DNA from: an uncultured Chloroflexaceae bacterium
GTDB taxonomy: Bacteria; Chloroflexota; Chloroflexia; Chloroflexales; Chloroflexaceae
DNA: 64,000 nucleotides
Assembly (NCBI GenBank): GCA_964592425.1
Contig: CAZQCG010000004.1
Coordinates: forward strand, 74,257-138,256
Reading direction: 5' to 3'
In this document: in pieces, positions 8,815 through 16,979 of the stretch
How positions within the stretch are numbered: the first letter of the stretch is position 1
Layout of the letters: each line of letters opens with the position of its first letter
Notes under the pieces: model-generated
What the model was told of the DNA's origin: nothing
Databases searched by the model: none
What the model saw: the letters and a program-made list of their open reading frames with translations, nothing else
Position numbers and translations under genes: made by a program

Positions 8815-10053
8815 ATGATGACGCGACGTGTGCTGATTGTCGGGGCGTCGGTGGGTGGAGCCACTGCGGCAATCACCCTGCGCGGGCTTGGCGTTGAAAC
8901 AGTGCTGCTGGAGAAGGAGTTGGTGCGTGCCAAGCCCTGCGGCGGTGCGGTGCCTCCCGCCGCCTTCAGCGAGTTTGACCTGCCCCAGAGCCTGATCGAC
9001 CGTAAGGTCAAACAGTGCCTGATCGTCTCGCCCTCAGGCCAGGAGACCCATGTGCCGGTCGCCGGGAGCACCGCGACCGCCAACGATTTTGTGGCTATGG
9101 TGCGACGTGAGGTCTTCGACGGCTTCCTCCGCAAACGGGCCCAGGAACGCGGTGCCGAACTGATCCACGGCCAACTGACCGGCTTGCGTATCGAGCCCAA
9201 TGGTGTCAAGGCTACCTACCGTTCGATCAGTGACGGTAACACCCACACCCTTGAGGCCGCCGTGGTGATTGGGGCCGATGGGGCCTACTCGCCAACAGCG
9301 CGTATGCTCGGCCTGCCTAATCTGCCCCGCGCCGTAGCCATCCAGGAGCGCATCAGCCTGCCTGAAGCCCAGATGGCCCGCTGGGAAGAGACGGCCGACC
9401 TCTACCTCGGCCACGAAGTTAGCCCCGACCTCTACGCCTGGGCTTTTCCCAAGTGCGATCATATCGCTGTGGGGATCGGCGCAGGGCCTGGCCACACCGA
9501 GAAGGCGCGCACACTCCTGGCCAACCTCAAAGCCCGCCTCGGGCCAGCCCTCGAAGGTGGACGGCTGATCCTGCGCGAAGCCCATGCCCTACCGATGGAG
9601 CCACGCAAGCAACTGGCCTTCGACCGCGCCATGTTGATTGGCGACGCAGCCGGGCTGGTTGTGCATACCTCAGGTGAAGGGATCTACTGGGCAATGAAGA
9701 GTGGGCAGATTGCCGCTGAGACTCTAGCCCAACACCTCGAGGCACCCTCGGCAGCTAACCTGCGCGCCTATGAGCGTATCTGGTGGCAACGGTACGGCAC
9801 CATGTACCGCTTCCTACGCTGGCTTCAGCGCTGGGGCTACGGTAACGAACGGCAGATGGAGGTCTTCACCGAAATGTGCCGCAACCCCGATGTGCAGCGG
9901 CTCACCTTTGATAGCTACATGCACAAGCAGATGGCCCCCGCCCCCTGGGTGACCCAGCTTGGCATGACCTGGGATATTTTGCGGGCCCAGGCCCGCAATT
10001 ATATGCGCCGCCGGACACCCCTGCGTGAACAGCAACAGTATGTTGTTGCGTAG
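8815..10053 (+). CDS. bchP: Geranylgeranyl reductase
   Basis: KPCGGAV, VIGADG, IGDAAG.V...SGEGIYWAMKSG motifs; start at ATG 8815 or 8818. Confidence 0.93.
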   Translation: MMTRRVLIVGASVGGATAAITLRGLGVETVLLEKELVRAKPCGGAVPPAAFSEFDLPQSLIDRKVKQCLIVSPSGQETHVPVAGSTATANDFVAMVRREVFDGFLRKRAQERGAELIHGQLTGLRIEPNGVKATYRSISDGNTHTLEAAVVIGADGAYSPTARMLGLPNLPRAVAIQERISLPEAQMARWEETADLYLGHEVSPDLYAWAFPKCDHIAVGIGAGPGHTEKARTLLANLKARLGPALEGGRLILREAHALPMEPRKQLAFDRAMLIGDAAGLVVHTSGEGIYWAMKSGQIAAETLAQHLEAPSAANLRAYERIWWQRYGTMYRFLRWLQRWGYGNERQMEVFTEMCRNPDVQRLTFDSYMHKQMAPAPWVTQLGMTWDILRAQARNYMRRRTPLREQQQYVVA

Positions 10054-10117
10054 GGGTTTTGGGCAACCATCCCCCCAAACCACGCCACAAACCACCCACC
10101 ATCCCCCCCAAACCAAC

Positions 10118-10153
10118 GTAGGGGCGTAGCAGCGAACGCTGCTACGCCCCTAC
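10118..10153. repeat. GTAG-type REP-like palindrome between convergent bchP and auracyanin genes
   Basis: GTAGGGGCGTAGCAGCG-aa-CGCTGCTACGCCCCTAC, perfect 17-bp stem; related copy at 35120-35158. Confidence 0.8.
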
Positions 10154-10173
10154 TACGCCCCTCCGGATAACGC

Positions 10174-10956
10174 CTAATTCACTACCAGGGTGCCTTTCAT
10201 TCCGGCGAGGTAATGGCCGGGGAAGGTGCAAATGAACTGGTAGGTACCGGGGCCAGGCGTCTGGAAGGTAACGGTGGTGGAATCACCGGCATTGAGCATC
10301 GGGAGCGCTACCAGCAGGCCAGGGGTGTCGGCCGGCGGCACGGCCCCGGCGGCGTCACGGGTAACCCGCACCTGGGCCTGGGCGGCATCGTTGACCGTAT
10401 TCACGGCCGTATCATCGCCCTCCACCAGCACCCAGTTGTGCTGCACGGCTGTGGCGGTGTTGTTAAAGGTCAGTGTAACCAGGCCGTTGGCCACACTCAA
10501 ATTGGGCTGATCGAAGGCCAGCAGGTCACCATCGGAGTTGAGGGTAATCGCGGTGCCGCTCCCACTGGCCAGGGCCGGGCCAATCGGCTCGGTGGGAATA
10601 CCACCGCCAGTCGTGGGCGCACTGGTCGCCGCAGTCGCAGCAGCCTCAGTCGCAGCAGGGGCGGCAGTTGCTACCGGGGCTGCCGTCGGGCGGGCCGGGG
10701 CCGCCGTAGGCTGGCTGGCCGTCTGGGTGCCACCCTGACCAAGCGTTCCGCCAAGGGCCACAGCCAGACCGAGGCCAACCAGGCCAACGACGACTGCGGC
10801 GATGATCAAGGCCTGCAAGGTTGGATCAAGCAACTGTGGGCCATTACTTTTGCCGCTGCCGCCATTGCCCGTGGGACTCGGGCTACGCTTCTGTGGACTA
10901 CTCTTCTGCGGGCTGCTCTTCTTGAAATCTCCCCCACCGGAAGGACGCCAACTCAT
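10174..10956 (-). CDS. Auracyanin (B-like) blue copper protein
   Basis: MSWRPSGG start with AGGAGG RBS, TM helix, Pro/Thr/Ala linker, cupredoxin with HNWVLV and CTFPGHYLAGM ligands. Confidence 0.9.
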   Translation of the reverse strand: MSWRPSGGGDFKKSSPQKSSPQKRSPSPTGNGGSGKSNGPQLLDPTLQALIIAAVVVGLVGLGLAVALGGTLGQGGTQTASQPTAAPARPTAAPVATAAPAATEAAATAATSAPTTGGGIPTEPIGPALASGSGTAITLNSDGDLLAFDQPNLSVANGLVTLTFNNTATAVQHNWVLVEGDDTAVNTVNDAAQAQVRVTRDAAGAVPPADTPGLLVALPMLNAGDSTTVTFQTPGPGTYQFICTFPGHYLAGMKGTLVVN

Positions 10957-11111
10957 GCCCCTACCTCCTTCGACAACCAGCTTGTGAGAATCTGCACGGG
11001 CATAGTGTAGCATAAAAGCAGGCTGCCGCAGCAAGAATCGACGCGGGGCCGATCAATGGTACACTGGCGCTACGAGAGTGCCAGCAGGCACCTGACAACA
11101 GAGCGCATACA

Positions 11112-11873
11112 ATGAGTCCAATCCAGCTGACGCTCCTTTTTCTGGCAGCCCTGGCGGCAGGGGTGATCAATTCGGTGGCCGGTGGCGGCAGCTTCATCTC
11201 CTTCCCGGCCCTCGTCGTGGCGGGTGTGCCAGCTATCAGTGCCAATGCAACCAATACGGTTGCGCTCTGGCCAGGCGTGCTGGCCAGTGTCGGGGCTTAC
11301 CGGCGTGAACTGGCCCAGCAGCGCCAGGGAGTAGTGCTCTTCAGCCTGATCAGCCTGAGTGGCGGGTTGGTCGGGGCTTTGATCTTGCTCCAGACCCGCG
11401 AGGCTGTCTTCGAGCAACTGATTCCCTACCTGCTGCTCCTGGCAACCCTGGTCTTCGCCCTGAGTCCCCAGTTGACCAAGCTGGCACGCCGGTTTGGCAC
11501 ACAGGGGCGCAGTAAACGACAGCAGCGGGTGGTGGTGCTTGCCGTTTACTTCCTGATTGCCGTCTATGGCGGCTTCTTCGGGGCTGGGTTGGGTATTCTG
11601 ACCCTGGCCGTGCTTAGTCTGCTCGGCCTCGACAATATCCACGAGATGAATGCCCTGAAGACCTTGCAGGCCGGGCTGGTCAATGCGATGGCCGTCATAA
11701 CCTTCGCCGTGGCAGGCGTGGTGCAATGGCCGGTGGCCCTGCTGATGGCTGTGGGGGCGATCATCGGGGGCTACGGCGGCGCAGCGATTGCCCGACGTAT
11801 CCCGCCGCGCTATGTGCGCTACCTGGTGATCGCTATCAGTGTGAGCCTGACGATCTATTTTTTTGTGCGTTAA
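11112..11873 (+). CDS. TauE/SafE-family sulfite exporter
   Basis: AGVINSVAGGG and YGGFFGAGLG repeats, about 8 TM segments. Confidence 0.88.
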   Translation: MSPIQLTLLFLAALAAGVINSVAGGGSFISFPALVVAGVPAISANATNTVALWPGVLASVGAYRRELAQQRQGVVLFSLISLSGGLVGALILLQTREAVFEQLIPYLLLLATLVFALSPQLTKLARRFGTQGRSKRQQRVVVLAVYFLIAVYGGFFGAGLGILTLAVLSLLGLDNIHEMNALKTLQAGLVNAMAVITFAVAGVVQWPVALLMAVGAIIGGYGGAAIARRIPPRYVRYLVIAISVSLTIYFFVR

Positions 11874-11884
11874 AAAAGCGTGTC

Positions 11885-13393
11885 TCAGCGAGTGCAAAGG
11901 GTGGCCAGCGTATGCGGCACACCGCTGAAGGTGCCGAGACGCAATTCGGGGGGGAGCACCTGACAGGTGTAGCCCTGCTCGGGGCCAAAGAGACCGTCAT
12001 ACCAGCGTACGTCGGGCAGCAGCACGGAGCGGAATGCGCCTGAGGCCAGGCGCTGGTTGAGGTTTACCTGGTAGTCGTCCAGCCGTGCGCGTACATCCGG
12101 GTTGTGCTGCGCTGCGACCGCCAGGTCACCCTGTGAAGAGGCATGGAAATGCAGCGGGCGGCTGGTTGCACCGAGCAGGTGTAGCGCGGTCGAGGCAAAA
12201 GTCGGCTCGTCTGTTGCGGCCAACTTTGCCAGTAGTGCCTCACCGGCACGCCAGTCACGCTGGGCAGGAATGACCTGGGTTGGGTCATAGCGCAGCATGA
12301 CCAACTGGCCGAGTAGCAGGAGCATGACGCTAATCCCGGCGAGCCATGCTGTGGGGCGGTGTGATCGCTCAGTGACAACCATCCGCACATGCTGCGCCGC
12401 CTCTGCCGCCATCAGGGCCAGCGCAGCCGTCAGCGGCATCAGCCCATTGATGAAGCCGTACAGCTTGATCATCGACATGAGGCTCATCAGCAAGAGCGGC
12501 AGGCCAAGCACGATGATCAACTCCAGGTAGTCGATCAAACGACGTCGGTGATCATAGCTACTAAGCAGCAGCAGCAGGCAGAGCAGGATGGCCATCAGGG
12601 CTGGGAGGAGCACGGACAGGTGAATCGTCCAGAATTCAGTGAAGAGCCCTGGGATGATCGGGGCACTGCCCGGAACAGTGACGGTGTAAAACCAGAACCA
12701 ACCTGCCGAGGACTGGTTGGCGAGCAACAGGCTGATCAGCAGGCTCACCAGAAAGGCTAATCCAAACCCCATCGCCTTGCTCCACACACGGCGGGCCAGC
12801 AGATCGACAAGGAGCAAAGGGAAGGCCAGGGCCGCCGACTGCTTGCTGAAAAAGGCCAGGCAGAGCAAGAGGCCCGCAAGAGCCCCGTGCAACCAACTGA
12901 CGCGCGAGCGGTCAAGCACCAGCAGGTAGCTCAGCAAGAGCAGGGCCAGCAAGAGCGAGTCAACCCTGCTGACATCGAACCAGTAGCCGCTCAAGGCATA
13001 GGTGGCCGCAAAAAGTCCTACGGCCAGTATACGCAGGGCAGGTGCCAGGCCGCGCACATAGGCAATAGCGTAGATCGTCGCAAAGCTGACCAGTGATGCA
13101 CCTACCGAGACAAGCCGCATCGCCAGGACAATATTCTGGAGTGGCCATGCCAGGGCCGCCGCAAGGTAGTAGTAGAGCGGCGGGTAGATCATCGGGATGT
13201 AGTCGAAGCTTGGTGGCCCGTAGAGCGGCTGGCCTGCAAGTACCCGTGCGACATGCAGATAGAAGTTCGGCTCGATCCACTCAAGTGCAAAGGGGTAAGT
13301 CAGGCGTAGGGCAGCAACCACCAGGTAGGTGCCCAGGGCAAGCGTCGCTCCGAGCAGGGCGGTCAGGTTAAAGAGGCGGTTGAGCTGATCCAT
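11885..13393 (-). CDS. GT-C-fold membrane glycosyltransferase-like protein (ArnT/PMT-like)
   Basis: Polytopic; EWIE acidic loop, YPPLYYY, RVDSL and KQ motifs; starts 15 nt after the dnaB stop. Confidence 0.6.
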   Translation of the reverse strand: MDQLNRLFNLTALLGATLALGTYLVVAALRLTYPFALEWIEPNFYLHVARVLAGQPLYGPPSFDYIPMIYPPLYYYLAAALAWPLQNIVLAMRLVSVGASLVSFATIYAIAYVRGLAPALRILAVGLFAATYALSGYWFDVSRVDSLLLALLLLSYLLVLDRSRVSWLHGALAGLLLCLAFFSKQSAALAFPLLLVDLLARRVWSKAMGFGLAFLVSLLISLLLANQSSAGWFWFYTVTVPGSAPIIPGLFTEFWTIHLSVLLPALMAILLCLLLLLSSYDHRRRLIDYLELIIVLGLPLLLMSLMSMIKLYGFINGLMPLTAALALMAAEAAQHVRMVVTERSHRPTAWLAGISVMLLLLGQLVMLRYDPTQVIPAQRDWRAGEALLAKLAATDEPTFASTALHLLGATSRPLHFHASSQGDLAVAAQHNPDVRARLDDYQVNLNQRLASGAFRSVLLPDVRWYDGLFGPEQGYTCQVLPPELRLGTFSGVPHTLATLCTR

Positions 13394-13408
13394 CCGACTA
13401 CCAACTAC

Positions 13409-16249
13409 TCAATAACCTTCCGGGGCCTGGTAACGCTCAAGGTTCTGGAAACGGGTCGTGCGGGCCTCGAAACGGAGCGGGATGATCCCTAGCGGCCCAT
13501 TGCGATGTTTGGCCAGGTGGATCTCGGCGAGGCCCTTTTTATCGGTCTCTTTGTCGTAGAGCTCTTCGCGGTAGATGAACATCACAATGTCGGCATCCTG
13601 CTCAATTGAATTATGCACCGTGATCTGGTTGGCTACAAAGTTATGCAGCCCTGCGACTGTCAAGTCGTAGACTGCCGTGGTGCCAGCAGGCTCGATCAGG
13701 CTGATAGATTCCCAGGCAACCGTGCCGCGATAGCCCTCACTGAACACCTGATCAAGCGTCGCCGTAGCATATTCAGGTGATTGCTGCGGTACGGCAAGGC
13801 GATCCTGGGCCGTCAGTCGGTCGAGCCGCTGCCAGCCGGCGGGGGTGAGAAATTTATGGTTGCCGGTAGCACGGATGGTGCGCCCGGACACGGTGGTGAG
13901 CCGGTAGACTGGCTGCGTTCCGGTACTGAAGGCGTTGAGCACCGGGCGCAACTCTAATTGCCAGGTGGCGGGGTTGAGGGCCAGAATATTGAAGCCCGTC
14001 CGGCCGACCAGATCGGCGATCGGACATGAGGTACCTTCATCGGGTAGGTAGACCAGGCTCTCGCCAGCCAGGCAACCCGACTCACGCAGGTCGCTGAGCA
14101 TCGGTACATGGGACTGGCGGCCCTCAACGGCGCGGGAGAGTTGGGAGAGCGCGATCACCGGCACGTTCAACTCACGGGCCAGGGCCTTGAGCCCGCGGCT
14201 AATCTCACTCACCTCCTGCACACGGTTGTCGCTGCGCCGCCCGGACATCAGCTGAAGATAGTCGATCATCAGCATGTCAATGCCAGCCTCGGCATGTAGC
14301 CGGCGCGCTTTGGCCCGCACTTCGGTGATCGTCAGACCGGGCGTATCCTCAATATAGATCGGCAACTCGGAGAGCACACCCATGCCCTCAAAGGCCAGGT
14401 TCAATTCATCAGCACGCAGATTGCCGGTGCGCAGACGCTGCATGTCAATCCCCGTGTGCATCGCCAGAATGCGCTGCACCAGTTGCTCGCGGCTCATCTC
14501 CAGGCTGAAGACGCCGACCGTGCCGCGTGAGAGGTAGGCAACGTTGTAGGCGAGTGAGAGGGCCAGGGAGGTGTTGTGGACACAGATGTCCTCAGCAATA
14601 AAGTTGGCCCCGTCGGGCACACACAGGTCATAAACCTGATGTGCGCCGATGGGCGTGATGCTCTCCAGGGCATCCCAGACGATCGCATTGCTGGGATCGG
14701 CAAGCTGTGCTTCGGCAGCCAGAACGGGGGCTGCCTGTTCGGCGAGGTGGGCGATCTGCGTATGGTAGCGCTGCAACGAGGCCGGATCGTTCAGGACAAG
14801 TTGCCAGGCCTGATCGCAAGTCTGCTCACGCCGGGCAAGCAGGCCGAAGCGCACAAAGGCATGCTGCAGATCAGCCGCCAGCCGCGCTGAGCGCATAGAC
14901 AGGCTGATCGCGTCTGGCGCACCGGACTGACGGGACAGGCCATGGCAAACGACTAGGATGCGCAGAAACTCGGCGAGGTAGCAGCGGCTCCAGCGCCAGA
15001 CACAGGCAGGCAGGTGTAGCTTGTGGGCTGGCCGCCTCAGCAGGCCCACTTCGGCGAGCCACCGGCTCAGCGGGTCAAACGATCTGGCGCTGGCCTTGCG
15101 ACGATGCCCGGGGCGAGCCAGCAGGACAGCATAAGTGTTGCCACGGCGGCGAAGTCGGCTGGTGGGAAAATGGCTCGCCATGAGCGCCCCGAAGTCGTGC
15201 ATAGCCTGCGGGTCGCTGCTGGTGAAGGTGAGCATGAAGCCGGTCAGTTCACCTCCGCCAAGCAGATAGGCAAGCAGGCGCACCAGGCCAATCGACCAAC
15301 GCTCATCGTTGCCGAAGATCGGCAACGCACGGGGCACAGCGATGCATACCCCTGGTTGCAGGTCGTGCAGCGGCTGCCAGCCACTCCGGGTACGAAAGGG
15401 ATGGTGGGCAGTGACATCAACCTGGCGTCCGCTGTGTGTACGCACCCGGAAGCAGGGCTGCACCCCGCTATCGACCCAGGCACTAACGCGGGTCGGGCGC
15501 ACCATACCTGCGGCTGAGAGGCCGTAGATCGAAGGCAGTTGCCGGCGTACCGCCTCCTCGATGGTCATCCGCTCGCCAGTAACGGGATCGTCAACCAGCG
15601 ACCAGTGGGCCAGACACTTGCCGACCGAAGGGCGAGCCGCAAGGATGATCAGGTCGCTCCGTTGCAAGCCACCAGTCAGACTATCAAGATCGTTATAGCC
15701 CGTTGCGACGCCAGCCACCTCGCCGCGGCGCTCCTGGAGCGACTCGATCTGGGTGAAGAGCTGGTTGACGACCTGACTGATCGGCACGAAGTCCTGCGTA
15801 CTACGGCGCTGCGAGACATTAAAGAGCTCGGCCTCAGCCTTATCAAGGGTTGCCTCAAGCTCATTGGTCTCATCATAGCCAAGGGCCGCGATCTTCCCGC
15901 CCGCCTCGATCAGCCGGCGCAACACGGCAGTGCGCTCCACGATGCGTGCGTAGTACTCGACATGCACAGCAGTAGGCACCTCGGCGGAGATCTCGCCCAG
16001 GAAGGCAAGTCCACCGACAAGGTCGAGGCGCTCGTGGCGGCGCAGCTCAGCAGCAACCGTACCCAGGTCAGGCGGCTCGCGGCGATTGTAGCAGGCGAGC
16101 ATGGCATCATAGACCAGGGCATGTTTTTCGAGGTAGAAATAGTCGGACGAGAGCCAGGGCGCAATCGCGATGATCGCGTCACGCTCCAGCAGAATCGCGC
16201 CGAGGGTTGCGCGTTCGGCCTGCAGATCAAAGGGAACCGTGCGTTCCAC
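13409..16249 (-). CDS. dnaB: Replicative DNA helicase with two inteins
   Basis: AARPSVGK|TSL, FSLEMS, IDYLQL, LSQLSR, LRESG|SIEQDAD, AKHRNGP; 946-348-155 = 443 aa after splicing. Confidence 0.97.
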   Translation of the reverse strand: MERTVPFDLQAERATLGAILLERDAIIAIAPWLSSDYFYLEKHALVYDAMLACYNRREPPDLGTVAAELRRHERLDLVGGLAFLGEISAEVPTAVHVEYYARIVERTAVLRRLIEAGGKIAALGYDETNELEATLDKAEAELFNVSQRRSTQDFVPISQVVNQLFTQIESLQERRGEVAGVATGYNDLDSLTGGLQRSDLIILAARPSVGKCLAHWSLVDDPVTGERMTIEEAVRRQLPSIYGLSAAGMVRPTRVSAWVDSGVQPCFRVRTHSGRQVDVTAHHPFRTRSGWQPLHDLQPGVCIAVPRALPIFGNDERWSIGLVRLLAYLLGGGELTGFMLTFTSSDPQAMHDFGALMASHFPTSRLRRRGNTYAVLLARPGHRRKASARSFDPLSRWLAEVGLLRRPAHKLHLPACVWRWSRCYLAEFLRILVVCHGLSRQSGAPDAISLSMRSARLAADLQHAFVRFGLLARREQTCDQAWQLVLNDPASLQRYHTQIAHLAEQAAPVLAAEAQLADPSNAIVWDALESITPIGAHQVYDLCVPDGANFIAEDICVHNTSLALSLAYNVAYLSRGTVGVFSLEMSREQLVQRILAMHTGIDMQRLRTGNLRADELNLAFEGMGVLSELPIYIEDTPGLTITEVRAKARRLHAEAGIDMLMIDYLQLMSGRRSDNRVQEVSEISRGLKALARELNVPVIALSQLSRAVEGRQSHVPMLSDLRESGCLAGESLVYLPDEGTSCPIADLVGRTGFNILALNPATWQLELRPVLNAFSTGTQPVYRLTTVSGRTIRATGNHKFLTPAGWQRLDRLTAQDRLAVPQQSPEYATATLDQVFSEGYRGTVAWESISLIEPAGTTAVYDLTVAGLHNFVANQITVHNSIEQDADIVMFIYREELYDKETDKKGLAEIHLAKHRNGPLGIIPLRFEARTTRFQNLERYQAPEGY
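13610..14074 (-). mobile_element. DnaB mini-intein (155 aa) at the ESG|S site
   Basis: CLAGESLV...TGNHKF...NFVANQITVHN|S; no endonuclease domain. Confidence 0.95.
14573..15616 (-). mobile_element. DnaB intein (348 aa) in the Walker A motif with degenerate LAGLIDADG domain
   Basis: GK|CLAHWSLV...TAHHPF...LLAYLLGGG...FLRILVVCHG...NFIAEDICVHN|T. Confidence 0.95.
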
Positions 16250-16320
16250 AGCCTCTCCCCCTTGCGTGCGCCGCCTGAGCGTACTTGCTGGTCACACTCG
16301 GATCAACTGTGGCCAACCAC

Positions 16321-16354
16321 AAGAGAACGAAATGCCGCGGTAACGACCGCGGCA
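16321..16354 (-). terminator. Intrinsic terminator after rplI
   Basis: TGCCGCGGT-4 nt-ACCGCGGCA followed on the minus strand by TTTCGTTCTCTT. Confidence 0.6.
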
Positions 16355-16417
16355 CTCAAGCCTCGAACTGATTTGATGCGGGTCACAGGTCCAAGCGACT
16401 CCAGGGCAGAGCGCAGC

Positions 16418-16891
16418 TCATGCCGCAGGGTCACTCTCAGGCTGCACCACTACATTAACGACCGGCACGATCCCGGCTGCCAGGCGGATGTTGACAGGGT
16501 GAGTGCCGGTGCTCTTGATCGGCTCATCAAGCTCAATCTTACGCCGGTCAAGCTCGAGCTTGAGTTGGGCATTGAGCCGCTCGGCAATATCGGCGCTGGT
16601 GACGGAGCCGTAGAGCCGGCCCTGCTCGCCAACCTTAACGACAAAGCTCAGATTGACGCCGTTGATGCGTGCGGCGAGGGCCTCAGCATCTTTGCGGGCC
16701 ACTTCGCTACGACGGTGCTGAGCGGCAAGGCGCTCTTCCGCCTGCTTGATCTGGCCACGGGTAGCCATGACGGCGTAGCCCTTCGGTAGCAGGTAGTTGC
16801 GCCCAAAGCCACCGGAGACATCTTTTAGTTCGCCTGCTTTGCCCAGATGATCAACATCCTGCACCAGCAGCACCTTCATTTTTGTGCTCAC
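16418..16891 (-). CDS. rplI: 50S ribosomal protein L9
   Basis: MKVLLVQDV..LGKAGE...V..GFGRNYLLP, GRLYGSVT; start GTG 16891 or ATG 16879. Confidence 0.97.
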   Translation of the reverse strand: MSTKMKVLLVQDVDHLGKAGELKDVSGGFGRNYLLPKGYAVMATRGQIKQAEERLAAQHRRSEVARKDAEALAARINGVNLSFVVKVGEQGRLYGSVTSADIAERLNAQLKLELDRRKIELDEPIKSTGTHPVNIRLAAGIVPVVNVVVQPESDPAA

Positions 16892-16931
16892 AACCTACTC
16901 CTCAGAATGTTTCGCTCATGCAACGGCGGGT

Positions 16932-16960
16932 ATCTTACCATGACGGGGCTATCCCGTCAA
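16932..16960 (-). promoter_or_regulatory. rplI promoter
   Basis: TTGACG, 17 nt, TAAGAT with extended -10 TG. Confidence 0.65.
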
Positions 16961-16979
16961 CGCAGGAAGCAGGCTTCCC

